Positions 1-9,765 of a stretch of 64,000 nucleotides of DNA are shown one piece after another; position 1 is the first letter of the stretch, and every line of letters begins with the position of its first letter. The notes beneath the pieces are model-generated. The model worked only from the letters and a program-made list of their open reading frames with translations, was not told the DNA's origin and did not search any database. This stretch comes from Candidatus Heimdallarchaeota archaeon (GTDB taxonomy: Archaea; Asgardarchaeota; Heimdallarchaeia; JABLTI01): positions 64,001 through 128,000 of the forward strand of contig JAHLVW010000036.1 in assembly GCA_019058275.1 (NCBI GenBank), read 5' to 3'. Position numbers and translations under genes: made by a program.

Positions 1-63
1 AATTGCACTTGAAGAGTATTTGTCGGAATGATTAATACATTTCTGGCATTCATACAATTCCAT
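1..63 (-). CDS. 5' part of a small CxxC (zinc-ribbon-like) protein, truncated by the window edge
   Basis: ATG at 63-61 preceded by GGGAG; reads MELYECQKCINHSDKYSSSAI... Confidence 0.55.
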   Translation of the reverse strand, partial: MELYECQKCINHSDKYSSSAI

Positions 64-131
64 CTTTAACTCCCATAAATAAAAGCTGTATACCTAATAA
101 GAGTAATGACCTTAAAATAGTGAAAATTAGA

Positions 132-216
132 TGCGTGGAAGTCATCCCAATGAGATGCCCCACGCAAAACAGGAGATAGTCTGTTTCTAAAAGGCGTGTT
201 AATGGCAACAACACGC
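132..216 (-). ncRNA. Candidate structured RNA or leader with three consecutive hairpins
   Basis: Stems 132-138/160-166, 167-172/181-186 and 194-200/210-216; GC-rich in an AT-rich background; TATA-like ATATATAAAG on the minus strand at 247-238. Confidence 0.4.
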
Positions 217-294
217 TACATAATCTTTGTATTCATCCTTTATATATGTCTTGTTTCTATGAAAACGTAAAAAATGAAAAATAGGCGCGAATTG

Positions 295-623
295 TTATTT
301 GATTTTTAACAATTCAACTTCGAAAATTAATGTTGATTTTGGTGGAATTAATCCATTACCACATTACGATTACCATAAGCTAAATCTGGTGGGATAGTAA
401 GTTTCATCTTACCACCTACTTTCATGGTAATTACTCCTTGATCCCAACCTTTGATAACCTGACCAACTCCGATCTTAAATTCTAAAGGTTGCTTACGGTC
501 ATGAGAGCTATCAAATTTCTTTCCGTTTGTTAACCAGCCAGTGTAATGAACAGAAATTGTATCTCCTTTATTTAGTGATTTTCCAGTTCCTTTTATTATA
601 TCTTCGATAATAAGTTCGCCCAT
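295..623 (-). pseudogene. FKBP-type peptidyl-prolyl isomerase, frameshifted
   Basis: [19 protein letters not shown] and IPPDLAYG motifs; the conserved end [19 protein letters not shown] lies in another frame after a 1-nt loss near 360. Confidence 0.85.
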
Positions 624-705
624 AGTAAAACTTCCAAATATATGATATTAATGGATTTAATCGAAATTAAAATATTAATGTTTAGATTATCCAAGAAAAA
701 CTGTT

Positions 706-2121
706 TTATTTAGTATTCATATCAGAATCTAAACCTATTGGGTAATCCTTAGTGAATGGTTTCTCTTCTTCAGTTTTTTCTAACTCAAACTTGTCTTCTC
801 TTCTACTTCTTAATCTTTTTTTAACTAGTTTACTTTGAATTAAAGGTAATAAACCTGCAATGGGATATGCTGTCATTGCAATTGGAAATAGTGTAGGACC
901 AAAAGCTGCAAATGCAAGACCACCTAACAGAGTACCTGTTGCTCTCATTCCTCTTTGACCTGTTTGTAGTAAACCTAAAGTCTTTCCTCTGTGCTTTGGA
1001 GGGATCCACTCATACATGAAACTATTCCAAGCTGCTCCAGGAGACATAGCAAAGAATGATCTCATAATAAAGAAAGCAGTAGCCATGTAGATTCCACTTG
1101 CAAGCATTATCCCAACAGCAGATGGAATTACTAATGTCCAGGAAACTACAACAATAAATTCCTTGCCTATTTTTTCTACAAACGAACCAATGAATAGATA
1201 TCCAAGAGTTAAAACCGCCCAATGAATACTATTGATCCAACCCCAAATCTCTTCTGCATTATTATATTTGCCTGAAATAAAATCACCGTAGATGTACCAT
1301 CCAACAAATGGTATTGCAACACCACTAGTAAATCCCATTAACATTCTACCTAAACCAAAGCTCATCTGCACACCTAAAACTGATTTTTTGCCATCTTTAT
1401 CCTCTGAGAATTTTGTAAATTCATCACAGCTATCTTCAGATAATTTCTCTGCATAGTTAATTTCATCTTTGGGAGTATCTTCAACAACCAATTTTAAAGT
1501 AAAAACCAGAACAAGTGACACTAAAGCAAATCCAGCCATAATTGTAAATACCCAATTAACCCATTCCACATATTCAATGTTGGGTAAATCTATTGTTAAT
1601 AGATACATAGAGATTAATGGAGCAGCTACATTAGCTATACCTCTTGTTACTTGATTTCCAGTAAAACCAAAGGTTCTGTGTTCTCCTCTTTTCGTTTCAT
1701 TTGCGATAAATGTATTTGTAGAGATCATCATTAATTGTTGACCAACAGCAAAAAATGAATAAAATAAAATAGATAGAGCAAATATCTTCATCCTTGTAAA
1801 TATTACAGCTGATACAATAGTGCAAACTAATCCTACGATCATTGTTGTTCTTTTAAATTGAATATCAACAATAATGCCTAAGAGGAATACAATAGCCATA
1901 GATGCATACCCCCCTACAGAAAGAATTAATCCAAACTCATAATCTGACCATTGCATAACATCTTCAGCATATGGGATAAGGAGAACTCGAAAGCCTTCGC
2001 CAAAGATTCGGTAGAAGAAATTAACTACAAAGATATTGATTAATATGCCTTCATGAGAGCCACTACCTTTTAACCTAGAATAAAAGCTCTCTCTCTGTGG
2101 TTTGGGGCTTTCCTCAGACAT
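706..2121 (-). CDS. MFS transporter
   Basis: 471 aa, about 12 hydrophobic segments in two halves, IPPKHRGKTLG loop motif. Confidence 0.85.
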   Translation of the reverse strand: MSEESPKPQRESFYSRLKGSGSHEGILINIFVVNFFYRIFGEGFRVLLIPYAEDVMQWSDYEFGLILSVGGYASMAIVFLLGIIVDIQFKRTTMIVGLVCTIVSAVIFTRMKIFALSILFYSFFAVGQQLMMISTNTFIANETKRGEHRTFGFTGNQVTRGIANVAAPLISMYLLTIDLPNIEYVEWVNWVFTIMAGFALVSLVLVFTLKLVVEDTPKDEINYAEKLSEDSCDEFTKFSEDKDGKKSVLGVQMSFGLGRMLMGFTSGVAIPFVGWYIYGDFISGKYNNAEEIWGWINSIHWAVLTLGYLFIGSFVEKIGKEFIVVVSWTLVIPSAVGIMLASGIYMATAFFIMRSFFAMSPGAAWNSFMYEWIPPKHRGKTLGLLQTGQRGMRATGTLLGGLAFAAFGPTLFPIAMTAYPIAGLLPLIQSKLVKKRLRSRREDKFELEKTEEEKPFTKDYPIGLDSDMNTK

Positions 2122-2228
2122 GAGAATGTAAAATATTCAATGAGATTTTAATGTTTTGGTTTTATTAAATACAAAGTAAAAAGAAAAGAAAAAGATGACA
2201 AAAGTCATCTCAAATTTATCAGCTGGAT

Positions 2229-3356
2229 TTAGATTTTAATAAAACTATCAACTGTTTTTTGATCCAAACGCTTTAGTACTTCTATTAGTAACTCAACGCA
2301 TTTTTCGATATCAGCAATGTCTAGTATGCCATAGTGAGAATGGATGTGTCTAGTTGGTATGCCTAACACTAAGCTTGGACAACCACTTCCAGCAACATGT
2401 ATTGCTCCTGCGTCAGTTCCACCACGAAACATAATTGATAATTGAATATCAATGCCCATTTCTTTTGCAACATCAATTACAAAATGCTTCAAATAAGGAT
2501 TAGCTAGCATTGAACCATCTGCAGCAAGCACGGAGGGTCCTTTGGACATTTTTGCCGGTGAAGTTGTTTCAGTTACACCAGGAACATCACCTGAAATGTC
2601 TACTTCTAAAGCAAAACCAATATCAGGCTGAATCATGTGTGCTGAAGTTCTAGCTCCCCTTAAACCAACTTCTTCTTGAACTGTAGCAACACCAAAGATT
2701 TGATTTGGATGTTCAATTTTTTCTTCCTTTATTATCCTCAATACTTCAGAAATAATGAAAGCTCCAAGACGATCATCAAAAGCCTTCCCAACAGCAAGAA
2801 TAGCATCTTTTTCAGTTGTTTTGTTTGATTCTTCATCTTTAATGAATTGTTTTCGTTTTATAAGTTCAAAAGTAGCGTCTGGAATTATCGGATCACCTAT
2901 TTTGATTCCTAAAAATTCTACTTCTTTCTTACTTTTACAACCAACATCTATGAACATTTTATCTTTAGTAACTACTTTATTTCGTTCTTCTGCTCCGAGA
3001 ATGTGAGGAGGTTTGGAAGTAATAATTCCTTTAATCTTAGTTTCATCTCGGATCTTTATCACAACTCTTTGACTCAGAAGAACCTGATCCCACCATCCAC
3101 CAAGTTGGTTAAAGGTAATAAAACCATCTTTACTTATTCCAGATACAATGAAACCAACTTCATCAATATGTCCTGCTAACATAATTTTTGGTCCTTTGTT
3201 TCCTTTTTTGAAGATTAAAGAACCTGTTTTATCATGCAATACCTCATCAGTGAAAGGTGTTGTATAATCTTTGACCATTTTTGCAACTTCCCGTTCAAAA
3301 CCGGAAGGTCCAAAAGCATCAGTCCATTTGCCAAATTCATCAATGTTTAGTTTCAA
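2229..3356 (-). CDS. M42 family aminopeptidase (TET/FrvX-like)
   Basis: GPSGFE, GHIDEVG, KAFDDR, QEEVGLRGA, GGTDAG and HIHS metal-ligand motifs. Confidence 0.95.
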   Translation of the reverse strand: MKLNIDEFGKWTDAFGPSGFEREVAKMVKDYTTPFTDEVLHDKTGSLIFKKGNKGPKIMLAGHIDEVGFIVSGISKDGFITFNQLGGWWDQVLLSQRVVIKIRDETKIKGIITSKPPHILGAEERNKVVTKDKMFIDVGCKSKKEVEFLGIKIGDPIIPDATFELIKRKQFIKDEESNKTTEKDAILAVGKAFDDRLGAFIISEVLRIIKEEKIEHPNQIFGVATVQEEVGLRGARTSAHMIQPDIGFALEVDISGDVPGVTETTSPAKMSKGPSVLAADGSMLANPYLKHFVIDVAKEMGIDIQLSIMFRGGTDAGAIHVAGSGCPSLVLGIPTRHIHSHYGILDIADIEKCVELLIEVLKRLDQKTVDSFIKI

Positions 3357-3498
3357 TAATTAAATCACCATTAAGATTTTTTTGTAAGATTTCAAATCTT
3401 ATTAAAGATTCAATTCATTTTAAACTTTTTTAATGATTAAATAATCTTTTTTGTCACTTAAATAATTCTTATATTCCACTAAAGTAAGACATAATGCT

Positions 3499-5622
3499 AT
3501 GCAATTACTCTTCGATTACTTTTTAGAAAGACTTCCTATAGAGACTAGAGACTGTTTAATTTCAGCTACTTCTCATCAAACTGATCTCAATCCTAATACT
3601 AGATTGTTTAATGGTGTTTGTTTAGTTCTTGAGGAAGTGTTAGATGATATTAAAGAGCTAAAAAAACATCAAAATATGAAAATTAAAATTATCTCTGAAG
3701 GCTTCTTTTCAAAAACGAAAGAGAAAAGGAAGATAAGAACAAAGAGAAATCTAATTAAATCAAAAAGTCTAAATAAGGAAATTGCTTTTGAGTTAGCGTC
3801 ATTAAGCTGTTACCTCATACCAAAGATGAAAACAACAGGTGACTATTTATCTTTACTCAAAAGAATTAATCATCCATATATTGATTTGTATATTGCTTAT
3901 TTTGAGGAAGATCCAAGTAACTATCAAGCAACCAGATTGAAAGTGGAAGAAATTTCTAAGAAACTAAAAGAAAATAGGCAATTCAATAAAGAAATGAAAG
4001 CCCACCAAATTTCCATATGTTCATGGTTATATGGACAGCAAGGTGATGTTGTCATCTTAAAAGAAGTTTACAAATATGTACACAAACGTTTACCAAAAAC
4101 TGACAATATCGTTGAGATTCGTGCATTACAAGATGCTGCTTCAAATGCTATATGGTGGTTACTTCATTCAGGAGTAGAAGCTAATATAGAAGAAATGATT
4201 GACTTTATTGAACCATTTATTCAGAAATATAAGTTATATATGTCTTATACAGACTTTTTGAATCTGAAAGGAGCTGCTCTAAGTTATTTCGGAGAAAATA
4301 TTCATGCTATTCAAAGTTTTGAGAAACTTATGACTGAACATGAAAAATACAACGACGATTACAGATTGTCAATAGCAATAGGAAATCTCTCTTCATCATA
4401 TTTCGTTGAAGGCCGGATTTTGCAAGCAAAGGAAATGATGGAAAAAGCAATCAAGCTCTACAAAGAATCTACAGGTAAATGGCCATATCTCTATCTTACA
4501 GAAATAGGTAATATGTATTACTTAACAGGTGATCCTAGAGCTGAGGAGTCCTTTCTGCATGCATATGAAATCCAGAAAAAAGAAACATCCCTGTTTAAGG
4601 CTTTTATTTTATTTGAGCTGATACATTTCTATTTAAGAACTGAAGAAATAGAGAAAGCTAAGACTTATCTAAATAAGTTAAGTTCATTAGCAAAAGAGCT
4701 CCAAGCAATTTCTGTTAATGCTCAAGTAACCTACCTCCTTGGTTATTCCGAAATGCTAGATTTAAATTTCTCAAATGCAATAAAGTACATGCAAAATTCA
4801 CTAGAGTTAGGACGACAATCAAAGGATTTTGATTTAATATTGTCAAGCAATATTCTACTTGCTGCTATTTATTTACAAAGATATCGATTAAGTGGGCAAC
4901 AAGCAACATTGAATACTGCCCTCAATTATATTGATACCTCTATTCAATTAGCTGTTGAAAATCAACACAGACAGATTTTATCATTAGGCCTAATAATTCG
5001 CTCTCTATTACGTGCAAGCAAAGGTGAGTATGAGAAATCATTTGCTGACATTGAAAATGCAAAAGTAATCGTTAATGATATTGATTATGATAAATGGAAA
5101 GAGGATTTACTCAAAATCGAAGAAAAAATTCAGAACTCGCAACGCCAAGGTAAAATGGTTCTTGATCGAGAAGACGTCTTCAAATATATTCTTCCACAAT
5201 TTAAGACAATGCTGTCTTTCAAATTAGCTGAAAGAAAACCCATTGAATCAGAAGTTATAGGTTTGCTTATTATCACACAAAGCGGTGTGCCAGTTTATAC
5301 TAAATTAGGTGCTAATCTAAAAACAGACAAGATGATTCTCTCAGGTTTACTTACAGCAATTAACCATCTTTCTGAAAGCATTGGTGCTGGAAAAGATAAA
5401 GGTAGATTACAAGAAGTTCTATATGATAAATTCTGGATAACTGTTCAACCAATTAAAAATGGATTCGTAGCAGTTATAGCTTCAGAAGCAACTGCAGAAA
5501 TAAGAATGTTAGCAAATGGTATTGCAGATAGGATCAAAGAAGTTCCAATAGTAATTTCGGAATTAACCACTAATTTAGAAGATAAGATTCAAGATATCTT
5601 AGATCAGATGGTTATCAAATAA
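3499..5622 (+). CDS. TPR-repeat protein with C-terminal longin/roadblock-like domain
   Basis: TPR-like helices (AIGNLSSSYFVEGRILQAKEMMEKAIKL); C-terminal GLLIITQSGVPVY...ILSGLLTAINHLSE longin-like pattern. Confidence 0.7.
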   Translation: MQLLFDYFLERLPIETRDCLISATSHQTDLNPNTRLFNGVCLVLEEVLDDIKELKKHQNMKIKIISEGFFSKTKEKRKIRTKRNLIKSKSLNKEIAFELASLSCYLIPKMKTTGDYLSLLKRINHPYIDLYIAYFEEDPSNYQATRLKVEEISKKLKENRQFNKEMKAHQISICSWLYGQQGDVVILKEVYKYVHKRLPKTDNIVEIRALQDAASNAIWWLLHSGVEANIEEMIDFIEPFIQKYKLYMSYTDFLNLKGAALSYFGENIHAIQSFEKLMTEHEKYNDDYRLSIAIGNLSSSYFVEGRILQAKEMMEKAIKLYKESTGKWPYLYLTEIGNMYYLTGDPRAEESFLHAYEIQKKETSLFKAFILFELIHFYLRTEEIEKAKTYLNKLSSLAKELQAISVNAQVTYLLGYSEMLDLNFSNAIKYMQNSLELGRQSKDFDLILSSNILLAAIYLQRYRLSGQQATLNTALNYIDTSIQLAVENQHRQILSLGLIIRSLLRASKGEYEKSFADIENAKVIVNDIDYDKWKEDLLKIEEKIQNSQRQGKMVLDREDVFKYILPQFKTMLSFKLAERKPIESEVIGLLIITQSGVPVYTKLGANLKTDKMILSGLLTAINHLSESIGAGKDKGRLQEVLYDKFWITVQPIKNGFVAVIASEATAEIRMLANGIADRIKEVPIVISELTTNLEDKIQDILDQMVIK

Positions 5623-5662
5623 CCTCTATTTTTTTAAACTATTAGTCTTTTAAGTTTAGAAC

Positions 5663-6091
5663 ATGAAGATTCGTAAAGCGACGAGTGAAGATATCTTAGA
5701 GGTACTAGAGGTTTGGAAATCATCAGGATTATCAATTCGTCCAAAAGGTCGTGATAAACCTGATAGTTTGGTTGAACAACTAACTCAACCAAATCTCTGG
5801 ATAATTGTTGCAGAAGAAGAAAGTGTAATTGTTGGTGTTGTATTAGTAACACATGATACTAGAAAAGGATGGATTAATCGTTTGGCTGTCCGATCTACAA
5901 AAATGAAACAAGGAATTGCAACAAAGTTACTGAAAGCTGCAGAAGAATCGTTATATAATATTGGGATAGAAGTGATTGCACTTCTTATTTCTGAAGATAA
6001 CTTACCTTCGCGATTGTTTTTTGAAAAAGAAAACTATCAATATCACAAGGAAATTACTTATTACTCTAAAAGAATTTCTCCAGATTCTTAA
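5663..6091 (+). CDS. GNAT acetyltransferase
   Basis: GWINRLAV...KQGIATKLL acetyl-CoA motif; N..S..FF. Confidence 0.9.
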   Translation: MKIRKATSEDILEVLEVWKSSGLSIRPKGRDKPDSLVEQLTQPNLWIIVAEEESVIVGVVLVTHDTRKGWINRLAVRSTKMKQGIATKLLKAAEESLYNIGIEVIALLISEDNLPSRLFFEKENYQYHKEITYYSKRISPDS

Positions 6092-6104
6092 AAAGAAAAA
6101 GAAA

Positions 6105-6128
6105 ATTCTACCATAAAAATGGTAGAAT
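6105..6128. terminator. Perfect 10-bp hairpin between convergent genes
   Basis: ATTCTACCAT-AAAA-ATGGTAGAAT. Confidence 0.55.
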
Positions 6129-6136
6129 ATTCGCTA

Positions 6137-7300
6137 TTAATCTAATCTTGGAAGACCTTTTACTTTCTTTGGTTCTGAAGTTAGATGAACACCTTTTTCA
6201 ACCGTTACATCATCAGTATATTGAACTTCTCCTGATATCCTAGAATCTTCTTCAATATAGACTGATTCGCCATAGACATTCTTTGCTCTACTGCGTTCTT
6301 CCAAAATAATTTCTCCACCGTATAGATCTTCTACAGAAGCTTTTGTGGATATAACAATCTTTTCTGCTTGTATAGGACCGATAACTCTACCTCTTCTACC
6401 AATTTTGAAATAGGTTGCTTTGATTTTTTCAGCTTGAACTTCTCCGCCAACTGAGATTTCATCAGCACTTAGTACACCATCTAGTTTAGCAGTACCACCA
6501 ACAGATAACTTGCCTGAGAGACTCATGTTAGAATCACAAGAGAGTGTACCACCAACAGAAATAGAATCGCCTCTTCCTTCACCATTAACTTTTATTGTTC
6601 CGCCAACACTTATTTTTCCAAATTCCAAATTGCCATCTGCTTTTAGTGTACCACCAACACTTACTTGTTGAATTGCTGCATTTGATCCAAGTTTAACAGT
6701 TCCACCAACATCGATAGTTTCAATTGAAATTTCACCTTCTGATTTAAAGGAGCCACCAATCTTAACAGTACCTATTTTTCCACTTCCAACTTTGCCTGTT
6801 CCACCTACTCTTAAAGAATCCAGATCAACTTCTCCTCTAAGAGAGACTGAACCTCCAACAGAGATTGTGCCAATATTGCTTTCACCTTCAATTTTTAAGG
6901 TACCACCAACTTGAACTGTTTCGATTGCTGCGTTGCCACGGATTTTGATACTACCGCCAACTTTTACTTCATCACATTGAATGTCTTGATGAACTTCAAG
7001 GGTTCCACCAACACCAACTTCAGGTGAGACAAATGTTCCTTCAACAATTAGCCTTTTGTCGATTTTAGCATATTTTGTTAGTTTCAAATCACCTTCTACT
7101 TCAAGAGCACCACGTTTGCACCGAATACTAACAGCTTCTAAATTGCCTTCAACTACAAAACTACCTTTACTGATAATTGAACCTTTGACAACTATTGTTT
7201 TGTTTTTTGCAACAAGGGTTACATCATCACCAATCTCAAGGTTTCCTTGAACCTCAGATAACTCAACTGTTTTTCTAGGGGGTATTTTTTCTACGGACAT
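6137..7300 (-). CDS. Bactofilin-like / polymer-forming beta-helix protein
   Basis: Many ~17-aa repeats centred on (I/V)xVGG(T/S). Confidence 0.75.
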   Translation of the reverse strand: MSVEKIPPRKTVELSEVQGNLEIGDDVTLVAKNKTIVVKGSIISKGSFVVEGNLEAVSIRCKRGALEVEGDLKLTKYAKIDKRLIVEGTFVSPEVGVGGTLEVHQDIQCDEVKVGGSIKIRGNAAIETVQVGGTLKIEGESNIGTISVGGSVSLRGEVDLDSLRVGGTGKVGSGKIGTVKIGGSFKSEGEISIETIDVGGTVKLGSNAAIQQVSVGGTLKADGNLEFGKISVGGTIKVNGEGRGDSISVGGTLSCDSNMSLSGKLSVGGTAKLDGVLSADEISVGGEVQAEKIKATYFKIGRRGRVIGPIQAEKIVISTKASVEDLYGGEIILEERSRAKNVYGESVYIEEDSRISGEVQYTDDVTVEKGVHLTSEPKKVKGLPRLD

Positions 7301-7326
7301 TTTTTTATCACCATTTTTCTTTTGTT

Positions 7327-7422
7327 TTATCTACCAGTTAATAGCATCATTTTCATTCTAGTTTTTTCATAATCTTTTTTGATTAATTCCTTCAAATTTT
7401 GTTTTGTTTTATTATTTGTCAT
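7327..7422 (-). CDS. 31-aa small ORF upstream of the bactofilin-like gene
   Basis: MTNNKTKQNLKELIKKDYEKTRMKMMLLTGR*, preceded by GGAG; too short for the ORF track. Confidence 0.5.
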   Translation of the reverse strand: MTNNKTKQNLKELIKKDYEKTRMKMMLLTGR

Positions 7423-7512
7423 TTTTTTTCATTCTCCATAATTGTTTTCTTAATTATACTACCCCATTTTTCATTTAAAAAGCAGATTCACTTTTTAGAG
7501 ACTCAAATCGAG

Positions 7513-7527
7513 GTCACAAGTTGTGAC
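7513..7527. promoter_or_regulatory. Operator-like palindrome
   Basis: GTCACAA-G-TTGTGAC in a divergent intergenic region. Confidence 0.5.
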
Positions 7528-7627
7528 TATGTTTTGCTAAAAACAACATTATTTCAAGGATATTAGTGCAACTAGAATGAAATTTTTCACCAAATCCCTT
7601 TTATTAAAATGAGTAGTGTCTTAAATC

Positions 7628-8167
7628 ATGCATGGTTTAGTTTCCCTTATAGAAGAGGAGTATTATCAAAGAGTTGAAGATATTTGGGGAAGATTAAAGA
7701 AATCGTTTAATTTAGAGGGAATTCTGATTACACCTTTTCCACATTTCTCTTGGCAAGTTGCTGAAGATTATGATTTTGATCTATTAGAACAAAAAATGGA
7801 AGAGATTTCACTAACCATAAAACCTTTTGTTTTATACACAGCTGGCTTAGGAATTTTCACAGGTGAAAAACCAGTAATTTTTATTGCAATTAATAAGAAT
7901 AATCAACTTATAGAAATTCATAAGAAAATCTGGGAAATGTTTAATGAAATAGCTTTTAATTCTCTCGAGCATTATAAATCTGAAAACTGGATTCCTCATA
8001 TCTCAATAGCTTACGAAGATGTATCAAAAAATAATATTGGGGAAGTAATGAGATATCTAGCATTTGAGAACTTCTATTGGAAAATGAAAATAGACAATTT
8101 AGCTTTCATCTTTGAACCTACAGGTGAAATTGGGAAGCTGAAATATAGGTTTAAACTTCAAGGATAA
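7628..8167 (+). CDS. 2H phosphoesterase (2'-5' RNA ligase family)
   Basis: Two HxS motifs: PHFSW and PHISI. Confidence 0.85.
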   Translation: MHGLVSLIEEEYYQRVEDIWGRLKKSFNLEGILITPFPHFSWQVAEDYDFDLLEQKMEEISLTIKPFVLYTAGLGIFTGEKPVIFIAINKNNQLIEIHKKIWEMFNEIAFNSLEHYKSENWIPHISIAYEDVSKNNIGEVMRYLAFENFYWKMKIDNLAFIFEPTGEIGKLKYRFKLQG

Positions 8168-8175
8168 TGTGCGTT

Positions 8176-8973
8176 CTAAAGTTGATTTAAATACTCATTA
8201 GCAATTGCAATATATTTATCATCAATTTCAAAACCAACAAAATAGCAATCAAGTTTTTTAGCAGCAATTGCTGTTGTTCCTACTCCCATAAATGGATCTA
8301 GTATTGTAAGAGGACTGTTTTTGTCTAATCCATGTAGTTTAATACACATTTCTGGCAATTGTATAGGAAACATAGCTGGATGAATTTTCTTTTGATGAAC
8401 TGTTTCATAAGGAATAAACCATTGATTACCTCTTCCACGAATATCTTGTTTGGCATGTTTCCATCGACCAATGTTGCTTTTATCTGCATATGGTACTCCA
8501 ATAGATAATTTGTCAAGTTCTACATCCCCCTTCTTTGAGAAGTGAAATAAATATTCATGTGAATTGTTCAAGAATCTGCTTGAATTTACTGGCTTATAAT
8601 GACCTATGTTAACATCCTTTTCAGGAGCTGCAATAGACTTTACCCAATGAATAGTGTTTTGCAGTTTGAATTGTTCTGTAATTTTTTGTGCAACAGTAAG
8701 AGATCGAAGCTCATCTGAGGGTTTATCACCGATATTAAAAAAGAAAGAGCCATTTTCTTTCAGAACTCTGAAACATTCCTTGCTAACTTCACCTATCCAA
8801 TCTAGATATTCATTAAACGGTTTCTTATCATTGTAGCTATTATAATCAATACCAATATTATAAGGTGGAGAGGTAACTATAACATCTATAGAATTGGATG
8901 GTAATATTTCTTTCATTCCTTGTATGCAATCCATACAAAAAATCTCGTTCTTCCACTCTTTCATCTTCGTCAT
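8176..8973 (-). CDS. N4-cytosine/N6-adenine DNA methyltransferase (beta class), orphan
   Basis: TSPPY before LDPFMGVGTT; HPAMFP motif. Confidence 0.93.
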   Translation of the reverse strand: MTKMKEWKNEIFCMDCIQGMKEILPSNSIDVIVTSPPYNIGIDYNSYNDKKPFNEYLDWIGEVSKECFRVLKENGSFFFNIGDKPSDELRSLTVAQKITEQFKLQNTIHWVKSIAAPEKDVNIGHYKPVNSSRFLNNSHEYLFHFSKKGDVELDKLSIGVPYADKSNIGRWKHAKQDIRGRGNQWFIPYETVHQKKIHPAMFPIQLPEMCIKLHGLDKNSPLTILDPFMGVGTTAIAAKKLDCYFVGFEIDDKYIAIANEYLNQL

Positions 8974-9077
8974 TCTATTTTAGAGATATGGTTTAAAATT
9001 TCTTTTTGTTTTTTACATGAAAAAGGATGAATTATAGCAAAAAAACAGGTAAATTCAACATAGGGTTAATTTACCCA

Positions 9078-9158
9078 TTTAATAAGATTTATTTTGAACA
9101 AAAATGCTTCAGATATTAATCAAGATAAGATTATCTGAAAATTATTAATCTTATTAAA
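9078..9158. promoter_or_regulatory. Divergent promoter pair with the same AATCTTATTAAA element on each strand
   Basis: 12-bp inverted copies at 9078-9089 and 9147-9158; inner TTCAGATA/TATCTGAA inverted repeat; the same 12-mer also occurs near 3396. Confidence 0.45.
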
Positions 9159-9206
9159 CGAGCTAAGTGTTAAAATGATATAGAAAACGTAGGAAGGACA
9201 TGCTTA

Positions 9207-9737
9207 ATGGAAGAAATCTATCTAAACTGTGATTCCACATGTTTTAGTTGTCCAGCTTATGATAGAATGATAAAAATAAGTGATTTTAGTCAAAGAAAAC
9301 TTCCTGGATCCTATTATTGTGATCATTGTGATATCTATTCTTTATGTAAAATGGGTTTAACTTATCGTAGATTTAGGGATGGAAACCTAAAACCAGTATG
9401 CAGTAAATGTGGTCGTTTTGTAGAAAAGATTGTATTGAGTTACCAAGAAGGTCAAAACGAAAAACCATTTAGCAGCAGTAGTTTACTTATTATTAGAAGA
9501 CCTAATGGAGTAAAATATGACATCCTACAAACTGTGAAGGGTTCTTATTTCAAAGATCTAGCAGAGGTTCTACTGTATATATTATACAATTTGGGAACAG
9601 AGAAGTATGACATAATCAACTATGATACAATGACCAAGAAATATAATCAAATCTTTACTGGAGAAATTTTGCCCCAGAAAGTCGCTGTTAAAAATGATAA
9701 ACCAACTACTATATCCCCAAAAATAGCTTTTGATTGA
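9207..9737 (+). CDS. Cys-rich zinc-finger protein (ZZ-like spacing)
   Basis: 8 Cys in the N-terminal 70 aa: CFSC...YYCDHCDIYSLC...CSKC. Confidence 0.6.
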   Translation: MEEIYLNCDSTCFSCPAYDRMIKISDFSQRKLPGSYYCDHCDIYSLCKMGLTYRRFRDGNLKPVCSKCGRFVEKIVLSYQEGQNEKPFSSSSLLIIRRPNGVKYDILQTVKGSYFKDLAEVLLYILYNLGTEKYDIINYDTMTKKYNQIFTGEILPQKVAVKNDKPTTISPKIAFD

Positions 9738-9765
9738 AATTCTGTATGTTATGATCTTCTATTAG

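Noticed and set aside
132-220. tRNA or H/ACA guide RNA
   Set aside because: No cloverleaf or T-loop consensus; ACA follows two stems on + but there is no convincing K-turn or pseudouridylation pocket
6137-7300. CRISPR-like or DNA tandem repeats (recurring CCACCAAC)
   Set aside because: These are codons for the VGG protein repeat inside an ORF
9078-9158. MITE suggested by 12-bp terminal inverted repeats
   Set aside because: No target-site duplication; the 12-mer occurs singly near 3396 and fits a TATA-containing promoter element
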